Of a stretch of DNA of 64,000 bases, positions 28,135 to 36,449 are shown piece after piece. A program made the translations under genes and the position numbers. The notes beneath the pieces were generated by a model. It was given only the letters and a program-made list of their open reading frames with translations, was not told the DNA's origin and made no database searches. The stretch is from an uncultured Clostridia bacterium (GTDB taxonomy: Bacteria > Bacillota > Clostridia > Christensenellales > UBA1242): NCBI GenBank assembly GCA_934757865.1, contig CAKVLS010000002.1, positions 102,973 to 166,972 on the forward strand, in the 5' to 3' direction. Position 1 is the stretch's first letter. The number at the start of each line of letters is the position of its first letter.

Positions 28135-29420
28135 TAGTTTAATCCTTTTATCTCTATCTCACGAGTGTTATCGTCTATTTTTTTAATATCTACAACAATG
28201 CAGTCCTTAGGCAAAAGATTTGGAACTTTTTCTGACCACTCGATAAGTTTGACAGCGCCTTTTTCGTCTATAAGCTCATCAAGTCCGGCAGCCATAGCCT
28301 CCTCTTCGTCTTCTAGTCTGTACATATCAAAATGATACATTGTAAACTTACCAGAGTACTTGTTGACGATAGTAAATGTTGGGCTAGTAACAGGTTCTTT
28401 AACCCCTATACCCTCAGCAAAACCTTTTGCAAAAACAGTCTTACCGCAACCAAGGTCGCCATTAAGAAGAATAACTTCTCCACCTTTCATCTGTTTAGAA
28501 ACTTTTTTGCCAAGTTTCAAAGTATCATTTTCACTTTTCGAAATCATTTTATTTCTTCCTTTTAATTTTGATAAAATGTAAGGAACAAGACAAGTAATCA
28601 CAAGCCCCATACTCCAATATTTTAGAGTAATGATATACTTATTAACTGAACCCGTGCATAGCACAAGGACAAAATCAAGTGCAATAATAGGCACGCCAAT
28701 CAAAAGTTTAATCCATACATTTTTATATTTTTTGTAGTCGTATTTTATAAATCTGTCTTCAATATTAACGCCAGCAACAATACTCATAAACAAGCTACCC
28801 ATAACGCTAATTTTAGACGAATTAAGCACAATAAGTAGTACCAAATACACAGGCTCTGCAAGAAGTAGCCATCTATAAAATTTCATGCTCTTAATATTGA
28901 CAAATCTAAAAAATACATAAGAAATACCAAATCCAAGCGCCGCTCCTACTAAGACATCTGTTAAATAATGTACGCCAAGGTACATACGAGAAAACATAGT
29001 CTGCACGCATAGAAAAATGCCAACTACTAGTGCAGTTATAAATAACCTATTGTCTTTTGAGCTCTTTCTATACTTATCCGTCTCGTAAATGTTATATCCA
29101 GCTATTGTAGCTACTGATGCAGAGTGCCCAGATGGGAAGGAATAACTTGTAGGATATCCACTATATGGAGGATACTTGCTACTAACTTTTAGTGGGCGTG
29201 GGCGTCTAAAAATATTCTTAAATACAACACTATTAACAACAGACACTGCGCAATATGTTACTGCAAAGTTTAGACTATATTTTTTGTCATACAGCCAGTA
29301 CAAAAGTGCAAATGCAACTACAAAGCCAAGCATTGCCCCAAAGTCCGTCACAAATGAGAAAAAGCTGTCCCAAAATGGAGTCCTCAAAGCTTGTAAGCCC
29401 TCTATAATCTCTAGATCCAT
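28134..29420 (-). CDS. tsaE: fusion protein: PAP2-family membrane phosphatase (BcrC/PgpB-like) + extra TM helices + TsaE (t6A ATPase)
   Basis: N-terminal part carries all three PAP2 motifs (KNIFRRPRP; FPSGHS; SRMYLGVHYLTDV). C-terminal part is TsaE ('LNGDLGCGKTVFAKG', 'SPTFTIVNKY', 'HFDMYRL'). It is one uninterrupted frame. Start at ATG 29420 after GGAGAG. An internal AAAGGAAG + ATG at 28547 could also yield free TsaE (137 aa). Confidence 0.8.
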   Translation of the reverse strand: MDLEIIEGLQALRTPFWDSFFSFVTDFGAMLGFVVAFALLYWLYDKKYSLNFAVTYCAVSVVNSVVFKNIFRRPRPLKVSSKYPPYSGYPTSYSFPSGHSASVATIAGYNIYETDKYRKSSKDNRLFITALVVGIFLCVQTMFSRMYLGVHYLTDVLVGAALGFGISYVFFRFVNIKSMKFYRWLLLAEPVYLVLLIVLNSSKISVMGSLFMSIVAGVNIEDRFIKYDYKKYKNVWIKLLIGVPIIALDFVLVLCTGSVNKYIITLKYWSMGLVITCLVPYILSKLKGRNKMISKSENDTLKLGKKVSKQMKGGEVILLNGDLGCGKTVFAKGFAEGIGVKEPVTSPTFTIVNKYSGKFTMYHFDMYRLEDEEEAMAAGLDELIDEKGAVKLIEWSEKVPNLLPKDCIVVDIKKIDDNTREIEIKGLN

Positions 29421-29545
29421 AATATTCTCTCCAAAAATTATTATATCAAATCTGCCCACAAAGTTACAAATAAATTAACTATATTATACAAATATTATTT
29501 AATAAACAGCTACCATGTATCAGTTATTTTTAGTCAATTTTTTTA

Positions 29546-29608
29546 GTTAAGTTATTTTTAATTAAATTGTTTTTAATTGAGTTGTTTTTAATTAAGTTGT
29601 TTTTTATC
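29546..29608. repeat. ~4 imperfect tandem copies of a ~15-bp AT-rich unit (GTTGTTTTTAATTAA-like)
   Basis: agttaagttatttttaattaa / attgtttttaattg / agttgtttttaattaa / gttgttttttatcaa, read directly. Lies upstream of the PAP2::tsaE operon. Confidence 0.6.
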
Positions 29609-29633
29609 AAAAGTCTAATTTTTTATAAAAAAT

Positions 29634-29663
29634 AAAAAAGCAAACTATAAGTTCGCTTTTTTT
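29634..29663 (-). terminator. rho-independent terminator downstream of rsfS
   Basis: AAGCAAAC-tataa-GTTCGCTT hairpin (one mismatch) with a T-run on the minus-strand reading. Confidence 0.55.
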
Positions 29664-29766
29664 CTTATTTTTTTGCTTATATATATGTTTTTCACCATTA
29701 TGTATGGGCTAACTTCAATAGTCTAGCATAATTATATATGCTTCGACGACTAACTTTTACTTAGGG

Positions 29767-30324
29767 CTATTTTGCTTCTTTTTTAGATTCTTTTTTTGCT
29801 TTTATTGTAGGTGTTTTTGCAGGTTTTTTTGTAGTTTTAGTTTCAGTTCCTTGCTTTTTTGGTTTCTTTTCTTTTGGAGATTTTTTCTCTTCTTTTTTTG
29901 CAAGTTTAGCAGACTTTTCTTCTTCTTTCTTTTGTTTTTTCTCTTGCTTTTTTGCAAGGGCTTCAAGTTCTTTTTCTATAGTTTCAAACTTTTTAGTGTT
30001 TTTGCCATCGCCCCAAAGTTTGTCTAGATTGTAGTACTCACGCATATCTTTAGTCATGATATGCACTACAAAGTCATAGTAGTCAAGCAATACCCAATCA
30101 CTTTGAGTTGTGCTACCCTCACGGTGGAAGCACTCAAGACCTAACTCTAATAAAGTTTCGCTTATCTTATTAGCGCAAGCTCTACCTTGAACATTGCTAG
30201 TTGATGTAGCTATAACAAAGTATTTTGCTATACCGTGTTTAGCGGTGTCAATAACTATAATGTTTTCGGCTTTCATATCTTTTAGGCACTCGCATGCCTT
30301 AACAACATAATCAAAAATTTCCAT
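29767..30324 (-). CDS. rsfS: ribosomal silencing factor RsfS with a ~70-aa Lys-rich C-terminal tail
   Basis: The core 'DMKAENIIVIDT...YFVIATSTSNVQGRA...REG....DWVLLDYYDFVVHIM....REYYNLDKLW' is canonical RsfS/iojap. The tail is KKQEKKQKKEEEKSAKLAKKEEKKSPKEKKPKK... Confidence 0.85.
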   Translation of the reverse strand: MEIFDYVVKACECLKDMKAENIIVIDTAKHGIAKYFVIATSTSNVQGRACANKISETLLELGLECFHREGSTTQSDWVLLDYYDFVVHIMTKDMREYYNLDKLWGDGKNTKKFETIEKELEALAKKQEKKQKKEEEKSAKLAKKEEKKSPKEKKPKKQGTETKTTKKPAKTPTIKAKKESKKEAK

Positions 30325-30410
30325 AATTTTCTCCTATATAAATGATAAACTCTTTTTTCAAAAAACGCAAATAAAAGTATAAAAAAACTTAAATCTCTAA
30401 TAATTATTAT

Positions 30411-31175
30411 ATGAAAAAAAAGAGCTTTATCAAAAAAATCGACCACTTATTTTTATTCTCAATACTTTTTCTTATAAGCCTAGTTGTTATGAGGTATTTT
30501 TTTAGGTCAAATATTGCATGTTTTTTGGCAAGTTTTGCACTGAGTTATCTTGCGTATATTTTGCTCACTTCTCTCATCTCCAAAAAGTCAAATACTATCT
30601 TAATCAAAAAACAAGACCAAAACAACATACAGTCGCTAAGAGATTATCTCATCACTTGTGGCACAAAAAACGCTCTTATATACCTAAAAACCGCCTTTAA
30701 TGGAGAGATAAAGGGCGAAAATATCGAAACGGATACAAAAAGTATATGCGTATTCTTAGCTTCTAGCGAAGTAACGCTATATGATTTTAGCGATATATAT
30801 ACAAGTTTTTGTGACGGGAAGGAAAAAGTAATTTTTGCCGAAAAAGTAAGCGATGAACTTGCAAATTTTCTTGCTACTCTCGAGGAAAAAATAACCGTTA
30901 TAAATATATCAAACTTGTACTTTGACTATATCAAAGACAATATTGCCATGCCAAAAAGTATATACAAACAAAAAAATCCCACCAAAAACACCCTAAAAAG
31001 TCTAGCCAAAGTGGCCTTCACAAAAAAGACTTCTAAGGGGTATTTTGTCAATGGGATTGTGATATTTTTGTTTAGTTTTTTGTACCCATTTAGGGGGTAT
31101 TATCTCGTATATAGCTTAGTGCTTTTTGTTCTGTCACTGATTAGCTATTTTGAACCGTTTGCTGTCAAAAACTAA
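30411..31175 (+). CDS. membrane protein, unknown function (2 N-terminal + 2 C-terminal TM helices around a soluble domain)
   Basis: Hydrophobic segments at both ends. No recognisable motif and no obvious SD. Confidence 0.45.
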   Translation: MKKKSFIKKIDHLFLFSILFLISLVVMRYFFRSNIACFLASFALSYLAYILLTSLISKKSNTILIKKQDQNNIQSLRDYLITCGTKNALIYLKTAFNGEIKGENIETDTKSICVFLASSEVTLYDFSDIYTSFCDGKEKVIFAEKVSDELANFLATLEEKITVINISNLYFDYIKDNIAMPKSIYKQKNPTKNTLKSLAKVAFTKKTSKGYFVNGIVIFLFSFLYPFRGYYLVYSLVLFVLSLISYFEPFAVKN

Positions 31176-31179
31176 CTTT

Positions 31180-31479
31180 TTACTTACAGCTAATATCTAC
31201 ATGCTTCTTTGCAAAAGCTGAATACTTATAGCTAATAATCTTGCCACCAACAACTGATACAGTGTCACACTTAATGCTCTCTTCTAGCATAGTTGCTATC
31301 TCACGAGCGGTGTTGTCGCAGTTTTGAAGTACGGCAATCTTTACTACTTCTCTAGCGGTAAGAGCTTTTTGGATACTATCAAGGCAAGTATCGCTCAAAC
31401 CTTCTTTACCAACAAAGCATATTGCTGGCTCTTGTCCATAAGACTTTTTTATCATTGCTCTTTGTTTTGCGTTTAACAT
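31180..31479 (-). CDS. yhbY: ribosome-assembly RNA-binding protein YhbY (CRM domain)
   Basis: 'LNAKQRAMIKK......PAICFVGKEGLSD.....I..AL.AREVVKI.VLQN' is the typical YhbY/CRS1 layout. Located next to obg. Confidence 0.8.
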   Translation of the reverse strand: MLNAKQRAMIKKSYGQEPAICFVGKEGLSDTCLDSIQKALTAREVVKIAVLQNCDNTAREIATMLEESIKCDTVSVVGGKIISYKYSAFAKKHVDISCK

Positions 31480-31491
31480 AATTTTTTCCTT

Positions 31492-32757
31492 TTAGTCTAC
31501 AAATTCGAACTCAATACTACCGATATGGACAGTATCTCCGTTCTTTGCACCCTTTTCTCTTAATTTATCCAATATACCATCTTCTTTTAGGCGTTTTTGG
31601 AAGAAGGCATTTGACTCGTAATCAGATAATACTACACCTCTAATTAGGTTGTCAATATATCCACCGCTAACTACATATTCGCCATACTCGTTAACAGTTA
31701 TCTCAACCGATGTTGTATCCTTTGCGTCAAAGTTGAACTCTTCTATATCAATAGCCTCTGGCTTTGGCAAAGTAACAAGCATATCATAAATCTCTTTGAT
31801 TAGATTCTCGACATTGGTCTTGCATAGAGCTGATATCTCTACTATCTTAGCGTCTTTTTCAAAATGTGCTCTAAACTCTTCAATAGGCTTTCTATCTACA
31901 AGAAGGTCGCATTTGTTAAGAGCTATTATTTGAGGTAGCTCTGATAGTTTTTCGCTAAACTTCTTAAGCTCGTTGTTGATAGCCAAATAATCTTCGTATG
32001 GGTTTCTGCCGTCTACAGAAGATATGTCTATAACATGCACTAGCATTCTTGTTCTTTCGATATGACGAAGGAAGTCATGACCTAGTCCTGCTCCGTCACT
32101 AGCGCCCTCTATAAGTCCTGGAATATCTGCAACTACAAAGCTATGGTCATAATACTTAACAACGCCAAGGTTAGGTGATAGTGTCGTGAAGTGATAATTT
32201 GCAATCTTTGGATTAGCGTTAGATACCGATGACAAAAGTGTACTTTTACCAACATTAGGGAAACCAATTAAACCTACATCTGCTATAGTTTTTAGCTCCA
32301 AAATAACTGCATACTCTTTTGTAGTTTCGCCGCTCTGGCTAAAGTGTGGAGCTTGTCTTGTAGGGGTTGCAAAGTACGCATTTCCCTTACCTCCTTTACC
32401 ACCTTTTAGCACTACATAATCTTGCCCTTCATAGTAGATATCTGCGATTATCTTGTTTGTTTCCGCATTTCTAACGATAGTTCCTTGTGGGACTTCTATT
32501 ATTAGGTCCTTACCGTCTTTGCCGTTACAACGCTTCTTATCGCCTTTCTCACCGTCTGTCGCTCTAAAATGCTTGCTATAATGGAAAGATACTAGGTTGT
32601 TCATATCTCTATTGACTCTAAAGATAATGTTACCACCTGTACCGCCGTTGCCGCCATCTGGGCCGCCGTTTGCGACATATTTTTCTCTATGAAAAGAAAC
32701 GATGCCGTTACCACCGTTACCTGCTTTTATATAAATTTTTACCTTATCAATAAACAT
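31492..32757 (-). CDS. obg: GTPase Obg/CgtA
   Basis: 'MFIDKVKIYIKAGNGGNGIVSFHREKYV..GGPDGGNGGTGGNIIF' Obg fold. G1 'GFPNVGKS', G3 'DIPGLIEGA', G4 'NKCD'. C-terminal OCT-like domain. Confidence 0.95.
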   Translation of the reverse strand: MFIDKVKIYIKAGNGGNGIVSFHREKYVANGGPDGGNGGTGGNIIFRVNRDMNNLVSFHYSKHFRATDGEKGDKKRCNGKDGKDLIIEVPQGTIVRNAETNKIIADIYYEGQDYVVLKGGKGGKGNAYFATPTRQAPHFSQSGETTKEYAVILELKTIADVGLIGFPNVGKSTLLSSVSNANPKIANYHFTTLSPNLGVVKYYDHSFVVADIPGLIEGASDGAGLGHDFLRHIERTRMLVHVIDISSVDGRNPYEDYLAINNELKKFSEKLSELPQIIALNKCDLLVDRKPIEEFRAHFEKDAKIVEISALCKTNVENLIKEIYDMLVTLPKPEAIDIEEFNFDAKDTTSVEITVNEYGEYVVSGGYIDNLIRGVVLSDYESNAFFQKRLKEDGILDKLREKGAKNGDTVHIGSIEFEFVD

Positions 32758-32759
32758 AA

Positions 32760-33386
32760 TTATTTTCCTTTATAATATTTGCACTCGTCACAAAGTACAC
32801 AGCCATTGCATTTAGGATTGATAGCTTTGCAATAGTATCTGCCAAATAGAACCAAAAGATGATGAAATCTAGACCACTTGTCTTTGTCGACAATTTTTTG
32901 GAGAGCCATCTCGCACTTATAAGGCGTATTAGCTTTGACTATTCCTAGTCTATTAGACACCCTAAAAACATGCGTATCAACAGCTATTGTATCTTGATTA
33001 AATCCCACCGCAAGAACGACATTAGCAGTTTTTCGGCCAACTCCCGCCAAACTCAAAAGCTCATCAAAATCGTCTGGCACTACTCCGCCGAATCTCTCGA
33101 GCAAATCCTTTGACATAGAAATAATATTTTTTGCTTTGTTATGATAAAAGCCACAAGAATATATTTCTTTTTCAAGAACATTTTGGTCAAGGCTAGCAAA
33201 ATCCTTAGGCGTGTTGTACTTTTTGAAAAGTTCTTTTGTCACTTCGTTAACTCTTTTGTCTGTGCACTGAGCCGAAAGTATAACAGCTACTAGAAGTTCA
33301 AAATTGCTATTAAACTTGAGTTCACACTCTGCCTTTTCAAAAATAGTACCAAGCTTATCGTAGATAATATTTGTATCTACCCCCAT
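32760..33386 (-). CDS. nth: endonuclease III
   Basis: HhH-GPD 'LLSLAGVGRKTANVVL', catalytic region 'VDTHVFRVSNRLG', and the C-terminal [4Fe-4S] cluster motif C-x6-C-x2-C-x5-C ('CKAINPKCNGCVLCDEC'). Confidence 0.9.
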   Translation of the reverse strand: MGVDTNIIYDKLGTIFEKAECELKFNSNFELLVAVILSAQCTDKRVNEVTKELFKKYNTPKDFASLDQNVLEKEIYSCGFYHNKAKNIISMSKDLLERFGGVVPDDFDELLSLAGVGRKTANVVLAVGFNQDTIAVDTHVFRVSNRLGIVKANTPYKCEMALQKIVDKDKWSRFHHLLVLFGRYYCKAINPKCNGCVLCDECKYYKGK

Positions 33387-33392
33387 AAAAAA

Positions 33393-33476
33393 CTCCTTAT
33401 TGCAGATTTTTAATCATACAATAAGGAATTTGTCCTTATTGCCTCTATATTATAACATACAATAAGGAATTATCAA
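33393..33476 (-). promoter_or_regulatory. nth promoter plus leader with reiterated CAATAAGG/CCTTATTG elements (possible SD-sequestering switch or operator)
   Basis: Minus strand: TTGATA (33476-33471), 16 nt, TGTTATAAT (33457-33449). The leader then has CAATAAGG (33441-33434), CCTTATTG (33426-33419) and CAATAAGGAG (33402-33393, contains the SD), followed by T6 and the ATG. The 13-mer AATTCCTTATTGT occurs twice (33471-33459 and 33430-33418). Confidence 0.5.
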
Positions 33477-33534
33477 TAATATTTTTTTACTTTTGCCAAG
33501 GTTTTTAGTGCCTTAGAAAGTCAATTATTTTTTA

Positions 33535-33759
33535 TTAGACATTAACAACATATATACCGCCTAGACTGTCAAAGTTGTGCTCGCTAAGTAGTCTTCTTGC
33601 GATAATCTCATGAGCTTTTGAGAGCTTGACCGAGAGCCCACAAGATGCACTCAAATTCCTAGGGGTGTTGATAACTTTATTAGGCACACGACTTTGGGTA
33701 AGTAAACTCGAAAAAAGCATAGCTTGATTACGAGATTTGAAAGTTACAATAATATTCAT
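33535..33759 (-). CDS. DUF3343-like small protein (putative S/Se-carrier-like)
   Basis: 74 aa. 'IVTFKSRNQAMLFSSLL......KVINTPRNLSASCGLSVK' matches my memory of DUF3343. Divergent from a cysteine desulfurase gene, a common pairing. Confidence 0.6.
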   Translation of the reverse strand: MNIIVTFKSRNQAMLFSSLLTQSRVPNKVINTPRNLSASCGLSVKLSKAHEIIARRLLSEHNFDSLGGIYVVNV

Positions 33760-33838
33760 TGCTCCCTCCTAGCATTATTTTTACTTCCCCATAATATATT
33801 ATATAAAAGTTAGCCTTAAATGGTTAAAAGGAGCAAAT

Positions 33839-34960
33839 ATGATATATTTTGATAATTCTGCAACTACATACAAAAAACCCCTTTGCGTCAAACTTTGGAC
33901 GCTCAAAGGTTTAAGAGTTGCCAACGCCGGCAGAAGCGGCCACTCTCTTAGCCAAAAATCCGCAACAGAGATATTTAGAGCGAGACTAAAACTCCAAACA
34001 TTTTTTAATGTTCCAAGACAAGAAGATGTAATTTTTACCTCCAATTGCACCGAAGCGCTTAATATGGCAATCTTAGGCTCTGCCAAAAAAGGGCATGTTA
34101 TAGCAAGCACTTTTGAGCACAACTCGGTTTTAAGACCACTCAAAAAACTAGAAGATGATGGGCTTATAACGCTTAGCATTGTAGAGCCTGAGAATGACAA
34201 TATAATAACTCGCAGCGATGTCGAAAAACTCATAAGACCTGATACCTATCTTGTGTGCGTATCATACATCAATAATACTCTCGGCAACAAAAACGACATC
34301 AATGAGATAGGTAAACTATGCAAAGAAAAATCAATACTCTTCCTTGTTGATAGTGCCCAAAGTAGCGGACACATAATGATAGATATGCAAAAAGACAATA
34401 TCTCAATGCTAACATTCGCTGGACACAAAGGCTTTTTTGCACCTCAAAGCATTGGAGGACTTTGTCTAAATGGCTGCGACCTAAAGCCTATTAAATACGG
34501 AGGAACAGGTACTAATTCAAGCGAACTTGTTATGCCATCGTCCAACCCCGAAAAGTTAGAAAGCGGAACGCTATCTTGTCCTATGATATATGGTCTATCT
34601 GCTGGCGTAAGCTATGTAATAAATCACTTTGAAAAGCACACCCAAAAAGTCGCTACTCTAACAAGATATCTATATAACGGACTTAAAGAGCTAGGCGTCA
34701 TTGTATACACAAACCCAAAAAGTGAATATGGCGTAATGCTTTTTAACGCACAAAACATTGACTCTGTTGAGCTAAGCACGATACTTGACGAAAAGTACCA
34801 CATAATGGTGCGAGGTGGACTTCATTGTGCAGCCTTAGCTCACAAGTATCTAGGCACGCTCAAAACTGGAGCTTTGAGAGTTAGCATTAACCACTATAAC
34901 TCAAAACGCCAAATAGATTACTTCCTAAAAGCTCTAAAAGAGATACTAGAAACTAACTAG
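33839..34960 (+). CDS. class-V aminotransferase-fold cysteine desulfurase family protein
   Basis: 'IYFDNSATT', PLP-lysine context 'FAGHKGFFAP', and the catalytic-Cys loop 'RGGLHCAA' (SufS/CsdA-like group II). Confidence 0.8.
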   Translation: MIYFDNSATTYKKPLCVKLWTLKGLRVANAGRSGHSLSQKSATEIFRARLKLQTFFNVPRQEDVIFTSNCTEALNMAILGSAKKGHVIASTFEHNSVLRPLKKLEDDGLITLSIVEPENDNIITRSDVEKLIRPDTYLVCVSYINNTLGNKNDINEIGKLCKEKSILFLVDSAQSSGHIMIDMQKDNISMLTFAGHKGFFAPQSIGGLCLNGCDLKPIKYGGTGTNSSELVMPSSNPEKLESGTLSCPMIYGLSAGVSYVINHFEKHTQKVATLTRYLYNGLKELGVIVYTNPKSEYGVMLFNAQNIDSVELSTILDEKYHIMVRGGLHCAALAHKYLGTLKTGALRVSINHYNSKRQIDYFLKALKEILETN

Positions 34961-36115
34961 CTACATATTAAACAGATTGCTGCAATCAAGAAGTCCAAAG
35001 CCTTCGCTATTTCTGTCATAAGTAACTTTTTTGCAGCTTCGTATAAGCCTTACCTTTATCTCGTCGGGAGATATCTTGGGGTATCTAGAGCTAATTAGCG
35101 AGCATATACCAGCTATTAGAGGCGTAGCTACACTTGTACCGCTCATCTCACAGTACCCACCACCCTTCTTAGCTCCAACTATATTGACAGCTGGGGCTAT
35201 AAGGTCGGGCTTGTATCCGCTACTTGTCGGTCCCCTAGACGAAAAATCCGCAATGGTGAAATTGCCTTCTACAAACTCTTCACTTTGCCTTTTGTCATCA
35301 AGTCCACCTACAGTTATTATTCTGTTGTTTATACCGGGGGATTTGATACTATAAGATTCTGGCCCACTATTACCGGCGGCGGCTACAACTGTCACCCCTG
35401 CTCTCCACAAGCTTTCAGCCCCAGCCGATAGTGGGTCAAAACCTTCACTCGGCGTACTCCCAAAACTCATGCAACACACTTTTATATTATACTTAGCTCT
35501 ATTGTCATACACCCATTGCATAGCTTGTAATATCTTAGTTGATGCAGTCTCTCCCGAGCTTTCTATAGCTTTGACTACAACAAGATTAGACCTAGGACTC
35601 ATGCCAGAATATTTGCCCATATACTGCGTACCATAGCCAAGGGCAAGGCTTGCCACCATAGTGCCGTGGCCGTTATCGTCATACGGCTTATCTTTTCCAT
35701 CTACAAGGTCAACAAATTTTATTAGCCTATTTTTGGGGACAAGAAAGTCAAGATGCGGATAAACGCCCGTATCAATAACAGCAATAGTACCGCCATCGCC
35801 GTACATACCCCTGTTATAAAAAGAGTCTACTTTGAGTACTTTTTTTGACACAAAAGCCTGCGAAAATACCTTTGTGCTTTTTGAGATAAAGTTCACAACT
35901 TTACATTTAGCCAGCGAAATAACCTCTTTTAGCTCAAGTTTTATGCCAAAGGCACTAATAAAAGGCAATTCTATGTAATCAAATTTTCTTTGGTCTAGCT
36001 TTTTTCTAAAGTTAAAATAATCCTTTGCATGCACTATGCAGTCGCAATGTTTTACGCTCTCGGTTGTCACAAAGGAATATATGTTTTTGTCAATCTTTTC
36101 TAAATAATTAAACAT
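34961..36115 (-). CDS. S8-family (subtilisin-like) serine peptidase with N-terminal pro-region, no signal peptide
   Basis: Catalytic triad contexts: 'IAVIDTGV' (D), 'DDNGHGTMVAS' (H), 'MSGTSVATPLIAG' (S). Confidence 0.85.
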   Translation of the reverse strand: MFNYLEKIDKNIYSFVTTESVKHCDCIVHAKDYFNFRKKLDQRKFDYIELPFISAFGIKLELKEVISLAKCKVVNFISKSTKVFSQAFVSKKVLKVDSFYNRGMYGDGGTIAVIDTGVYPHLDFLVPKNRLIKFVDLVDGKDKPYDDNGHGTMVASLALGYGTQYMGKYSGMSPRSNLVVVKAIESSGETASTKILQAMQWVYDNRAKYNIKVCCMSFGSTPSEGFDPLSAGAESLWRAGVTVVAAAGNSGPESYSIKSPGINNRIITVGGLDDKRQSEEFVEGNFTIADFSSRGPTSSGYKPDLIAPAVNIVGAKKGGGYCEMSGTSVATPLIAGICSLISSRYPKISPDEIKVRLIRSCKKVTYDRNSEGFGLLDCSNLFNM

Positions 36116-36377
36116 CTAGTTTCGCTATTATCCGCTCCAAATATTCCATTTGACCAGCTGTCAAATATGGCGCAAGAGTTACCTTGATGTTGTCTAATTT
36201 TTCTTTGGTTAGCGAGCCGTTTTGCTTCTCCTCGCTAGCCGTTTTTATTAGTTCTGCCATTAACTCATCTTGCGAAAAATTCTTGTATTTTTTGATAAGT
36301 TCTTCGGCATTTTCTTTTGTTTTTTCATCTAGGTTTTGCTTGCTAATATTCTCCATATCAAATATATTTCTCGGCAT
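36108..36377 (-). CDS. small helical hypothetical protein (89 aa)
   Basis: 8-nt overlap with the start of the S8 peptidase gene (translational coupling). No family recognised. Confidence 0.45.
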   Translation of the reverse strand: MPRNIFDMENISKQNLDEKTKENAEELIKKYKNFSQDELMAELIKTASEEKQNGSLTKEKLDNIKVTLAPYLTAGQMEYLERIIAKLDV

Positions 36378-36449
36378 AATATCTCCTTTTTTTTAACTAA
36401 AACATTATATGAATCATATATTTATAATGTTAAAAGGAGCACAATATCA

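Noticed and set aside
29546-29608. Possible CRISPR array or other spacer-containing repeat
   Set aside because: The units are about 15 bp, directly abutting with no spacers, very AT-rich and imperfect. No cas genes are present.
33799-34233. 144-aa ORF antisense to the cysteine desulfurase gene
   Set aside because: It fully overlaps a well-supported gene on the other strand. It has a Ser/Leu-rich composition typical of antisense frames, no SD, and its start lies inside the divergent promoter region.
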